Shown piece by piece: positions 40,323 through 49,617 of a stretch of 64,000 bases of DNA. Source of the stretch: an uncultured Candidatus Berkelbacteria bacterium (lineage in GTDB: Bacteria > Patescibacteriota > UBA1384 > CAILIB01); contig CAILIB010000020.1 of assembly GCA_903834195.1 (NCBI GenBank), positions 14,084-78,083 on the forward strand, written 5' to 3'. Both the position numbers and the translations under genes were made by a program. The notes beneath the pieces were generated by a model. The model saw only the letters and a list, made by a program, of their open reading frames with translations. It searched no databases and was not told the origin of the DNA. Numbering within the stretch: the stretch's first letter is position 1; each line of letters opens with the position of its first letter.

Positions 40323-40393
40323 GTTGATATACCTCTTCAAAACGCTGCCCGACGACGCGGTAAGAGTTGAGGGTTTTGAAGAGGTATATCAAC
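40323..40393 (-). ncRNA. Long-stem structured element in rplA leader (copy 2)
   Basis: Perfect 21-bp inverted repeat enclosing CCTCAACTCTTACCGCGTCGTCGGGCAGC; homologous to 37624-37692. Confidence 0.75.
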
Positions 40394-40409
40394 TTCTTCT
40401 AATAAATTG

Positions 40410-40988
40410 TTATAAGTGGAACGTTTCAGTAGAAATCGTTCCGTATTTCAGCCACTCTACCAGGTTTGGCACGAGTTTGTCAATCACTACATCAACGGTT
40501 TTTGTGTCATGAGCAGGCATACGTTGCAGTACATAGTCCTCAAGTGCAGGTAAATGTGCAGCAAGTTCTGCTTTTTGCTCATATAACCCCACTCCAACCC
40601 GTACCCGCCAGAAATCATCTGGCCCTAGTGCTGTAATAATTGATTTCCAGCCATTATGACCCCCATCCCCGCCGGACTGGCGAATACGTACGCTTCCAGG
40701 AGCAACATACACATCGTCAGCCACTATACAGAGCTGCTCAGGCTTTAAATCATAATAATCAGCCAGAGTACGTATCGGCTTTCCCGAGTTATTCATAAAC
40801 TGCTGTGGCTTCACCAGAAAACACTTCTCACCTTCAATATTGGTTTCAATTACCAAACTATCATGGAGGCGCTTCCACGTTTTCTCACCTAAGGACGTAG
40901 CAACTGCATCTAAACAGGCAAAACCGATGTTATGCCGCGTTTTATCGTACTGTTCCCCTGGATTACCCAGGCCGATCAGCGCACGCAT
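40410..40988 (-). CDS. pth: Peptidyl-tRNA hydrolase
   Basis: GLGNPG..Y..TRHN.GF, MN.SG, GGHNG. Confidence 0.97.
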   Translation of the reverse strand: MRALIGLGNPGEQYDKTRHNIGFACLDAVATSLGEKTWKRLHDSLVIETNIEGEKCFLVKPQQFMNNSGKPIRTLADYYDLKPEQLCIVADDVYVAPGSVRIRQSGGDGGHNGWKSIITALGPDDFWRVRVGVGLYEQKAELAAHLPALEDYVLQRMPAHDTKTVDVVIDKLVPNLVEWLKYGTISTETFHL

Positions 40989-40989
40989 C

Positions 40990-41310
40990 CTACAACCCTA
41001 GGCCAGCTGGTAGATTCAAATCTCCCGCAATTTTCTTCATTTGCTCTGTAGCAACTGCTTGCGCCTTTGAAATAGCTTGTCCTGTTACATTCAGGATAGC
41101 CTTTTCAAGTTCACGCTTCTTGTCTGGCTCTAACCAGCTCTCGTCGATTTTAATATCGATCATGCGCTGCTCACCATTGAACACAACTGTAATTAAGCCA
41201 TCGGTTGAAGAGGCTTCAATTTCGGTTTCTTTTAGCTCTTTCTGCAAGGCGCGCGCCTTCTTTACCATTGAGTACGTATCTTTGGCTTTGGAAAATGGAT
41301 TCTGTGACAT
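40990..41310 (-). CDS. ybaB: YbaB/EbfC nucleoid-associated protein
   Basis: A..LQ.EL, G.I.V..NG.Q...I.ID pattern. Confidence 0.88.
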   Translation of the reverse strand: MSQNPFSKAKDTYSMVKKARALQKELKETEIEASSTDGLITVVFNGEQRMIDIKIDESWLEPDKKRELEKAILNVTGQAISKAQAVATEQMKKIAGDLNLPAGLGL

Positions 41311-41319
41311 ATTCTTGGA

Positions 41320-42405
41320 TTACTGTTCGGCTAGATAAATTAATTCAGATTCGATGAACGGAGCAAGTTCACCATCAAGGACGGCTGAGATATTCGCGGT
41401 TTCATAATTTGTGCGATGATCTTTCACCATCTGGTACGGTTGCATTACGTAGGAACGAATCTGATTTCCCCACGTCCCCTCTTTAAACTCCCCTTTTAGT
41501 CTAGCAACTTCCTCAGCATTTTTCAGCTCTTGCAGACGTGCTAACTTAGATTGCAGTATTTTCAGTGCTGTAGCCTTATTTTGCACCTGACTGCGCTCGT
41601 TTTGAATAGCTACAACAATTCCGGTTGGAAGGTGAGTTATACGAACTGCAGAATCTGTAGTATTAACATGCTGACCGCCTGCTCCACCCGATCGATACAC
41701 GTCTATCCGCAAATCAGATTCAGGAATGACAGCTTCTTTACTTGCCTCAGCTTCTGGAATTACTTCAACTAACGCAAAGCTCGTTTGGCGCAGGTTTTTA
41801 GCATTAAACGGCGAAAGACGAACAAGTCGGTGTACGCCGGCCTCTCCTTTCAACAACCCAAACGCCATCCGCCCCTTTACCTCAATGGTGACAGATTTTA
41901 CTCCAGCTTCTTCACCTTGATTACGGTCGAGAATAGTGGCTGACCAACTTGAGCGATCAAACGAGAGTGTACGATCTTGAACTTCTTCAGTTTTCCCCTG
42001 CTCAACATAGCGCAGAAACATACGTTCGAGAATTTGCGCCCAATCTTGTGCATCTACGCCACCAGTTCCAGCGTGAATGGTAAGCACTGCATTTGCACTA
42101 TCCTGACGATGAGATAGTAGTGCCTGACGCTCAAGGTTTTTCACTTCTTCCTCAATTGCAGTAAGTTCCTCCTGATTTGCATCTGTACTTAACTCAATGA
42201 GAATTTGGAGATCGTCCCAATCTGAGAGAAGTTTTTCGGTACTAGAAATCTCAGCCATCACTGCAACTGCTTGCTCTTGTTCTGACCAAAAATCGGAAGC
42301 TTCAGAAATAGTTCGCAACTCAGTAAGACGGGTTCGCTTTTGCTCGATTTGTAGAATAGTTGTGAGTGGCTCAATACGCGCACTCAACTCTGAAATAGTT
42401 GGCAT
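41320..42405 (-). CDS. prfB: Peptide chain release factor 2 (no frameshift)
   Basis: SPF specificity motif, GGQ, QIRSY. Confidence 0.96.
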   Translation of the reverse strand: MPTISELSARIEPLTTILQIEQKRTRLTELRTISEASDFWSEQEQAVAVMAEISSTEKLLSDWDDLQILIELSTDANQEELTAIEEEVKNLERQALLSHRQDSANAVLTIHAGTGGVDAQDWAQILERMFLRYVEQGKTEEVQDRTLSFDRSSWSATILDRNQGEEAGVKSVTIEVKGRMAFGLLKGEAGVHRLVRLSPFNAKNLRQTSFALVEVIPEAEASKEAVIPESDLRIDVYRSGGAGGQHVNTTDSAVRITHLPTGIVVAIQNERSQVQNKATALKILQSKLARLQELKNAEEVARLKGEFKEGTWGNQIRSYVMQPYQMVKDHRTNYETANISAVLDGELAPFIESELIYLAEQ

Positions 42406-42467
42406 ATTGGCACTGTATCAGAAAAAGAGCTCCCGGAGGAGCTCTTATTTCTTTTTACAACTATCTT

Positions 42468-44552
42468 TTACAAGATGTCGAGATTGCGGAGACGATTATG
42501 TAAGCGCTTCTTGAGAAGGTACCAACGAGTACCGTAACCAGCACCAGATAGACCCATTAGTCCAACGAGACCAAGCTCGGCTTCAGGACCAGTGTGTGGT
42601 AACTGAATTGGAGGGGTAGGTGTTGTAGTTGGAGGTGTTGGAGTAGGCTTTACTGAACATGCAAGTTCAGTTGCTTTTGCAGTATCACTTACTGTTGGAA
42701 CCTGATCACCAGATGCGTATGCAGTATTTACGATACTCAAGTTTGATGTAAGACATGCGTTAACCGATGCCTTAAAGACAACTGTTTTACCAAGACCAGG
42801 AGCAAGATCAGTTAAGATAAATCCTTGACCAAGAAATGCATTTTGATCAGTAATTGGCTGCACTTCATCATCAATCGTAAGACTATTCGAGATGTAGGTA
42901 ATCCCGGCTGGAATTACATCATGAAGAATCGGATTGGTAATTGTTGCGTTACCGTTGTTAAGAACTGTAATACGGTAGGTAAGAACCTGACCAGCAGTTA
43001 CATTTCCAGCATCATTTACATATGTACCATTCTCAACTTTTACATCCTTTTGGATGATCAGACCTTTAGTACAGCTGAAGATTACATCAGCATTGTCACG
43101 AGCCTGGAGTTTACCTTGGTAATACACTTCAGCCCAGTTTGAGAGTAGTGAAGGAAGATTACAGTTGCCTGTTACTTCAGCATTGAAAATGATTTCTTTG
43201 CTACCAGTACTTCCGTGAGTCATGCTTGCAATGGTATATCCATTGTTCACGATTGAATTATCAGCAACTGGAACACCATTTACCGTAAGACCACCCTTGT
43301 AGATGATACCTGCAGGAAGTAAATCCTTAATGGTTACATTCTGAGCGTCATCAGTACCTGTATCTTGTACGGTAATACGATAGTTCAAAATATCACCAGG
43401 AGCAGCGCTTCCCAAACGTTGGTCGTACCACATTTGAGTTTGATCCTTACGAACTTCTTTCACAATTGAGAAAGAAACCGTGTGGATATGCTGATTTAAG
43501 ATTGTAACAGTCACACAGTTTGTAGGAGTTGAAAGTCCAACGAAACTTGATACTGCACAGTTCTGTAAATTGGTTGAATCTGCAGGAAACTTGGTAGTAT
43601 CTGCAACTTTAACCTGGAACATGAGGTAGAGTGCTGAAGAAGGTGTAGGAGCCATGTCTTCAAAAGCCCATGTAATCTTATTACCATCAAACACTGAACG
43701 ACTATCGAGTAAGTTCACGCGGTAATCGGCGTTGTTACGCTTAATAACGATGAATGAACTATTTGGAATGTAGGTAAAGCGCGGGTCAAGCGCATCAGTA
43801 ATCTGAGGAGCAAGACCAGTTGCTGTACCAGTGTTCTGTAAGAAAATCTTATAATCAATAATGTCGCCTGGACGAGCTGTTGCGGTTGTACCGAAGTCAG
43901 CCTGACCATTGTCGAGCATTACGCGCTTATTAGTATTGATCTGAGCAGAACCGCCCTCGATCCGAACTTGGATCTGAACAGCTTGTGCATAGGTCCAACA
44001 CCCTTGTTGATCACCAAGATTAATACCATTGGTAGTAATATCGTCACCATTTACGCCGGTTGGGAAGGATTGCTGAGCAACGAGCTTAACAAGATTTCCG
44101 TTTGCATCTACTTTCGTAGTGTAGTAGGTAGCAGAACCTTGCACGTAGGTAAGAGCAGATGGCTTTGTAGCATCTACTTCTACTACTCCTCGTACTGATG
44201 CTGCATTGTCTGCCGAAACAGTACCAGTTGGATGGAATACTGTAGCAGTACCCGAACCAAGGTCAATTTTGAGACGAACATTATGGGCAACAGAGTGGAG
44301 AATACTGTTGTGGTCCCAAATGAGGAAGTTAACTACATCACCTTGTTGTGCAGTAATATGATTACCCCACGCCTGACCTGGAGCAGCAACCTGAAAAGTT
44401 GGGAGCTCGCCGGTTGGCGCACTGTTAAACTGAGGAGCATCAGCAGATGCGCTCATTGGTGATGAAATTGCGAAGATAGCCAGTGCGGAAAGTCCGACAG
44501 CTGCCTTAGCGGTTTTCGTAAATGTTTTGCGAAGAAGAGTTGTAATCTTCAT
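42468..44552 (-). CDS. Surface protein with three DUF11 Ig-like repeats and LPXTG-like sorting signal
   Basis: Signal peptide; repeats A.PGD.I.Y.I...N.G...D.LP; C-terminal LPHTG + hydrophobic stretch + basic tail; start at ATG 44552. Confidence 0.82.
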   Translation of the reverse strand: MKITTLLRKTFTKTAKAAVGLSALAIFAISSPMSASADAPQFNSAPTGELPTFQVAAPGQAWGNHITAQQGDVVNFLIWDHNSILHSVAHNVRLKIDLGSGTATVFHPTGTVSADNAASVRGVVEVDATKPSALTYVQGSATYYTTKVDANGNLVKLVAQQSFPTGVNGDDITTNGINLGDQQGCWTYAQAVQIQVRIEGGSAQINTNKRVMLDNGQADFGTTATARPGDIIDYKIFLQNTGTATGLAPQITDALDPRFTYIPNSSFIVIKRNNADYRVNLLDSRSVFDGNKITWAFEDMAPTPSSALYLMFQVKVADTTKFPADSTNLQNCAVSSFVGLSTPTNCVTVTILNQHIHTVSFSIVKEVRKDQTQMWYDQRLGSAAPGDILNYRITVQDTGTDDAQNVTIKDLLPAGIIYKGGLTVNGVPVADNSIVNNGYTIASMTHGSTGSKEIIFNAEVTGNCNLPSLLSNWAEVYYQGKLQARDNADVIFSCTKGLIIQKDVKVENGTYVNDAGNVTAGQVLTYRITVLNNGNATITNPILHDVIPAGITYISNSLTIDDEVQPITDQNAFLGQGFILTDLAPGLGKTVVFKASVNACLTSNLSIVNTAYASGDQVPTVSDTAKATELACSVKPTPTPPTTTPTPPIQLPHTGPEAELGLVGLMGLSGAGYGTRWYLLKKRLHNRLRNLDIL

Positions 44553-44710
44553 GCGAATGTAGTTAATAACGTATACAAGTTGAATACTCGTTTGTACCAT
44601 TTATAGCAAGATTTGTCAATAGATTATTAGATTCAGGAGCATATTTTCTACAAAAAAAGTCCCCCCGTACACATGGCACGGAGGGCTTAGGGATTTCTCC
44701 CGACGAGTTG

Positions 44711-45736
44711 TCACCCACGTCGCGTGGGTTTTGGTTGATTGTATTGTCCGGTACCGTTCCCGACGGTGAGGCCGGGAATATCCCCAGAATTGAATCTTTC
44801 CCAGTTATTGGGACCAGTTTCATTCGGGAGGATTGGTACTTTGACCGGCATTGAGTCCGGCGGGATGACTACCCCTGTGGGGCAGTACCCATAGGTCGGA
44901 ACACCCTGGGAGTTGCAACCGTACGAGTTAAAGCACAGGTAGATCATGTCTTGCGAGAAGACACGCTCAGTTGAAGGAATCGAGTCGTACGACCATTTTC
45001 CAACCGGAAGATTAGGATAAAGTGTCGGTACTGCACAAGGCAACTTAGCAACGTACCGTGCTTCAGGTTTAGCCTCAGCTTCCAGGGTTAACCCTTCTGC
45101 TGATGCTTCCAACTGTTGCACGTTAATTGCAGCACTGTCCGGCAACGTGATCACCACCTCTCTTCGCCCGAAGGTGAAGTAAGGGTTGAAACATTGCGGG
45201 TCAGCGATAATGCCGTCGATGAAGATGATATCGTACTTCGACGTTCCATCCCCGAGAGCCACCTTCAAGATGATTGTTCGCACTGGCTTTGGAAGCCGGA
45301 GCATCGAATCATCCTGGTAGGTCCACCCATCGGTGTACCCCCAAACTCCGGTTTTACTGGAGTAAGAGGTACCCATGGGGCCGTAAACAGCGAAGTCCTC
45401 GGTGCCCTGCTGGCACAGAATTACTTCACCGTTCCAGAAATACTTATACAGCTTTCCGTCGGGTGTGTATTTTCTGTGGTAATGACGAGCATAAACCCCT
45501 GGGGAAAGTGACTTCCCATAAAGCTTTTGTGCCTCCTCATTTGTGAGACGAGGAGCTAACGCCTTATTGAACCTGGGAGAGAGTGGATTATCCACAATAC
45601 ACTCCCATTTCAGATCACTACCCGGGACAGAGAATGTCTGTCCGAGGAGTGTATCAGGATTCTTGTCTGGGGCCGCCGAGATCGCCAAGGGCGAAAACGC
45701 GACCACTAGTGCCAAAAACTTGAGCGACCAAGTCAT
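44711..45736 (-). CDS. Hypothetical exported protein
   Basis: Signal peptide; SD AAGGAG; ATGA overlap with upstream gene; terminator at 44651-44688. Confidence 0.7.
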   Translation of the reverse strand: MTWSLKFLALVVAFSPLAISAAPDKNPDTLLGQTFSVPGSDLKWECIVDNPLSPRFNKALAPRLTNEEAQKLYGKSLSPGVYARHYHRKYTPDGKLYKYFWNGEVILCQQGTEDFAVYGPMGTSYSSKTGVWGYTDGWTYQDDSMLRLPKPVRTIILKVALGDGTSKYDIIFIDGIIADPQCFNPYFTFGRREVVITLPDSAAINVQQLEASAEGLTLEAEAKPEARYVAKLPCAVPTLYPNLPVGKWSYDSIPSTERVFSQDMIYLCFNSYGCNSQGVPTYGYCPTGVVIPPDSMPVKVPILPNETGPNNWERFNSGDIPGLTVGNGTGQYNQPKPTRRG

Positions 45737-46947
45737 TTTACGCTCTCCTTGCCGATCTCTCGACCTTCGCAATCATAAGAAACCGTGCCTGTGCGACCGT
45801 ACCGGTCAGACCACGAAATCGTGAACTTCGCACGAAGTGCGTAGTTCACTTTAACATAGTCACCCGGTTTTACCCGGGTTGTAAGTTCGTTCGAGTTTCT
45901 GCCAGCGAAATTCCGTTCGGCTACCAGAGAGATCTCAAGGACGTATCCCAGCTTGTCGTTTTGAATGACAAAGTAGTTTTCGTCCTTTCTGATAATCTCA
46001 AATCGTCGGTTAGGCATGGCCATCTCTGTTACGAAATGGCGATACTTCGACGGTTTTACATCGACGGGAGGCTTTCGATCTTCTGGCTTTTTATCACCAT
46101 CCTGATCGAAGTGTTTCCGGGGGTCGATTACGTCGCCGCCAACATCTTCTTGGTTCTGCTTAGAAGGTTCTCTCTGTGCTCGCGCAAGTGCCTCTTCAGC
46201 ACTTTTTCGCTTTGCAATTTCGAGGTCAAGCTGTCGTTGCAGCTCATTGTGCTGAGATGTTTCAGTAGTTAACTGTCCCATATCCGCATCAACTGCATTA
46301 ATAACAGATTGAGGAGTCTCCAACACCGGTATATGGTGCTGGTTAACCCACTCATTAAGCCGCTGGTACCATGAATAAAGTCGCTCTTTCGAAGCTTCGT
46401 TCGGCCATGGATATGTGGTCATAAGCAGGAACGTATCCTTACTTGTTGATCCAGAACCATCCTTTGCAAAGGTCGGACCAAGTCCGAAAATCTTCACATC
46501 AGTATAGTCCCGACCAGTTTTGTAATCCCAGATCGTAGCAAAGGCTGCGACTTTTTGGAGGATTTTTGTGTCATCGAGCGAAAGCTCAACGTACAATCCC
46601 CCGTCCGTGTCGTGATTAAGTGGAAGTTTTACTCCGGCGAACCGAACGTAGAATTTCCCTTCCTCTGCCTTACCAAGCGCATCTTTTTTGCGCCTGTCTA
46701 CAATGCCATCGAGATAGCATCGCAACTTACCAGCTTTGAATCCCCTCGGAACGAAGGGAAATACCATCTGGTCAGGCCCAAGAGGAATCAGGTCAACATC
46801 GTTGACGCGAACCGTTGGGACATTGAGGATAGTTCCGTTCCCTGCCGTTGTACGGTGGGTGACGGAAGCCTGGGACATGACCGTTGCAGGGAGAATCCCT
46901 ACGCCGATCATGGCCAGAGTGACGAGGAGGGTGTTTCGAAAAATCAT
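45733..46947 (-). CDS. Hypothetical exported protein
   Basis: Signal peptide; central coiled coil; SD AAGGAG. Confidence 0.7.
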   Translation of the reverse strand: MIFRNTLLVTLAMIGVGILPATVMSQASVTHRTTAGNGTILNVPTVRVNDVDLIPLGPDQMVFPFVPRGFKAGKLRCYLDGIVDRRKKDALGKAEEGKFYVRFAGVKLPLNHDTDGGLYVELSLDDTKILQKVAAFATIWDYKTGRDYTDVKIFGLGPTFAKDGSGSTSKDTFLLMTTYPWPNEASKERLYSWYQRLNEWVNQHHIPVLETPQSVINAVDADMGQLTTETSQHNELQRQLDLEIAKRKSAEEALARAQREPSKQNQEDVGGDVIDPRKHFDQDGDKKPEDRKPPVDVKPSKYRHFVTEMAMPNRRFEIIRKDENYFVIQNDKLGYVLEISLVAERNFAGRNSNELTTRVKPGDYVKVNYALRAKFTISWSDRYGRTGTVSYDCEGREIGKESVK

Positions 46948-47029
46948 CAGGATCTCCTTGCAGTATCGAGAAAAAGTCGTGTGACAGTCAAATCGTAAAA
47001 TACAACCAACTTGTCAAATGTCGAGAGAA

Positions 47030-47310
47030 ATTTTCGGGCGAACCGTACAACATTGTACGGTTTCCCTTGTAAAGCTGTGTGCCTTGCAAGGAAAACCGTG
47101 GGCCCTAAATAACGAAAAGCGCTTTTTCTCAGCGATCCAGCCAGGATTAGGGCGCGATCACAGAGACAAATGGAGGAAATGGCATAGAGCCTAAAAGACC
47201 ACTTGGTTGAGTACTGTGAAACAATCATCCACAAATCCCAGCCAGGTCGCTGGTAAAAAGCGCTTCGTTTCTTTTGTATTGAACATCGAGAGTGTTTTTC
47301 ACCGCTCGAA
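47030..47310 (-). ncRNA. Putative ~280-nt structured non-coding RNA (rod at 47111-47269; possibly 6S-like)
   Basis: Promoter TTGACA-17-TAGACT (47317-47345, - strand); long inverted repeat whose C/A mismatches become G-U on the - strand; flanking hairpins. Confidence 0.7.
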
Positions 47311-47365
47311 TAAGGCAGTCTATAACAGAAAATAAAATTTGTCAAGAGATATTGGCCTCTAGAGC

Positions 47366-48742
47366 CTATCTCTGGACTATTTGACCTTCTGAAGTATCAA
47401 GAACTGTGTACCCTAATTGCGTAATTTCTGTACGAATTTGATCTGATAATGCGAAATCGCGGGCATCGCGGGCTGCCTGACGTTTCTCAAGTAATGCAGC
47501 AATTTCAGCTGGAACTTGAATTTGATCATTCTGATCTAAACGAAGCTGTAACACCTGATCAACGTTAGCCAAGAAAGCACGTTTTTCAGCCTTTGAGAGA
47601 TCTCCATTCACAGCATTCCACACCACAGCCATCGCAACTGGCATGTTCATATCTTCAGCAAGTGCTGCATCAAACTCCCCTATAAGCTGGAGCACTTCGG
47701 GCGTAAGCTGATCTTCAGCAGCTGACTGGTACACTGCGCGCAACTTCTTCAATGACTGCTCAGCGACCTGCAACCCATCAAATGTGAAGTTCAACTTACT
47801 GCGATAATTTGCACTATAGGAAAGCAATCTGAGTGCAATTGGGTCATAACCTTTTTCGATAATCTCTGGAATGGTATAGACATTGCCCAATGACTTGGAC
47901 ATTTTGCCGCCATCTACCAGAAGAAACTCACTATGGCACCAAAAACGAGCTAGTGGCTTACCTGTAACGGTTTCACTTTGCGCCATTTCATTTGGATGAT
48001 GCACCATAATATGATCTGCGCCACCACAGTGGATATCAATTGAATCACCGAGTGTAGCTCGAATAATTGCCGAGCATTCGATGTGCCAACCTGGAAAACC
48101 TGTCCCCCACGGACTTTCCCATTCCATGTGACGTTTCCCTGGTTCGATGGAGAACTTCCAGAGGGCGAAATCTGTTTTATTCAGCTTTTCGTCGTTCACA
48201 ACGCGAGCACCCTGCTGAAGGCCAGCAATATCAAGGCGAGCGAGCTCGCCGTAGTATGGTAATTTACTCGTATCAAAATAAATTCCATCAGAAGTGCTAT
48301 ACGTGTACCCTTTTTCTTCGAGTGAGCGAATCATCTCAATCTGCTCACCAATCATATCAGTGGCACGGACGAGTGGTTCAGGCACTTCTAGATTCAAGGT
48401 ATCAAGATCTTTCAAGAAGCGTTCTTCGTAGCGCTTCGCAACGTCCCAGGCGGTAATACCGTCACGACGTGCACCAACTTCCATTTTATCTTCACCATCA
48501 TCACTATCATCTACAAGATGACCAACGTCAGTAACATTCATCACACGTTCAACCTGATAGCCAAAGCGCCGTAATACCTTTACTAGCACATCCTCGAAAA
48601 TGAAGGTGCGGTAGTTACCAATATGTGGATCGCCGTACACTGTTGGGCCACAGGTATACATCTTCACCAAATTAGGGTGAAGCGTCGTGAACTCCTCTGT
48701 AGAGCGAGTAAGTGTGTTGTAGAGCTTAAATGGTACCGTCAT
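47366..48742 (-). CDS. cysS: Cysteine--tRNA ligase
   Basis: [24 protein letters not shown]. Confidence 0.98.
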   Translation of the reverse strand: MTVPFKLYNTLTRSTEEFTTLHPNLVKMYTCGPTVYGDPHIGNYRTFIFEDVLVKVLRRFGYQVERVMNVTDVGHLVDDSDDGEDKMEVGARRDGITAWDVAKRYEERFLKDLDTLNLEVPEPLVRATDMIGEQIEMIRSLEEKGYTYSTSDGIYFDTSKLPYYGELARLDIAGLQQGARVVNDEKLNKTDFALWKFSIEPGKRHMEWESPWGTGFPGWHIECSAIIRATLGDSIDIHCGGADHIMVHHPNEMAQSETVTGKPLARFWCHSEFLLVDGGKMSKSLGNVYTIPEIIEKGYDPIALRLLSYSANYRSKLNFTFDGLQVAEQSLKKLRAVYQSAAEDQLTPEVLQLIGEFDAALAEDMNMPVAMAVVWNAVNGDLSKAEKRAFLANVDQVLQLRLDQNDQIQVPAEIAALLEKRQAARDARDFALSDQIRTEITQLGYTVLDTSEGQIVQR

Positions 48743-48989
48743 CAAATAAATCGTCGGCAGTTAATGGGGCATCGATTAAGTGACGCGGAATCATGTGAGC
48801 TTTTTGCTTACTTGACCCATCATCGTCTTCATCTACGACAACTTTATCAATTTCAGCGACAATTTCAGCATCTGGATCAAGAGAAGCAGGCTCAGTATCA
48901 AGTACCGCAAGTTCTTCCTCTTCTTGTATATCTTCTTGATCGGCGGCTTCGGTTGGGTCTAGTTCGTCATCAACGGGAGTGGTCGGCAT
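48726..48989 (-). CDS. Small highly acidic hypothetical protein
   Basis: Fills the recR-cysS gap, overlapping both genes; very Asp/Glu-rich. Confidence 0.55.
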   Translation of the reverse strand: MPTTPVDDELDPTEAADQEDIQEEEELAVLDTEPASLDPDAEIVAEIDKVVVDEDDDGSSKQKAHMIPRHLIDAPLTADDLFDDGTI

Positions 48990-49617
48990 AGTGCACAGAA
49001 TTACGCCCCTCTAGGGCACGGGCTAAAGTTGTTGGATCAGCATATTCAATATCGCTTCCCATAGGTAGGCCGCGAGCAATTCGACTGATGGTCAGGAGAT
49101 TGCTATCGGTTAACGATTGAAGCTGTTGAGAGATGTATGAGGCTGTTGCCTCTCCCTCAAGCGAAGGATTTGTTGCAAGGATGACTTCCGTCCCCTCGCC
49201 CTTTCCTACGCGCGCTTCAATTCTATGCACTAAGAGCGCAATACGCAACTGGTCAGGGCCAATACCGTCCATTGGCGAGAGCACCCCTCCTAAAACGTGG
49301 TACAGGCCTCGATAACTCCCAGCTTTCTCTAGAGCGATAACATCGAGTGAACCCTCTACAACGCAGATTTGATCGGTATTACGACCAGTATCTGAGCAGA
49401 TTGTACATAGAGTATCAGTAGAGATATGGCCGCATTCTTCACATGGACGTAGCCCTTGCTGCACACCTTCTAATGCTCCAATAAAGCGATTAACGTCAAA
49501 CTGAGAGCGCTGTAAGAGGTGAAATGTTAACCGTGCGGCCATTTTTGGACCAATACCAGGAAGCCGACTAAACGCGTCTATAAGGTTCTGAACTGGCTCA
49601 GGCAGCTTGGCTGACAT
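48970..49617 (-). CDS. recR: Recombination protein RecR
   Basis: LPGIGPK.A.R HhH, C4 zinc finger, YHVLGG.LSP.DG, TOPRIM EGEATA. Confidence 0.98.
   Translation of the reverse strand: MSAKLPEPVQNLIDAFSRLPGIGPKMAARLTFHLLQRSQFDVNRFIGALEGVQQGLRPCEECGHISTDTLCTICSDTGRNTDQICVVEGSLDVIALEKAGSYRGLYHVLGGVLSPMDGIGPDQLRIALLVHRIEARVGKGEGTEVILATNPSLEGEATASYISQQLQSLTDSNLLTISRIARGLPMGSDIEYADPTTLARALEGRNSVHYADHSR

Noticed and set aside
46947-47345. 132-aa ORF as a real gene
   Set aside because: It starts inside the -35 box, lacks protein-like character and overlaps strong RNA structure.
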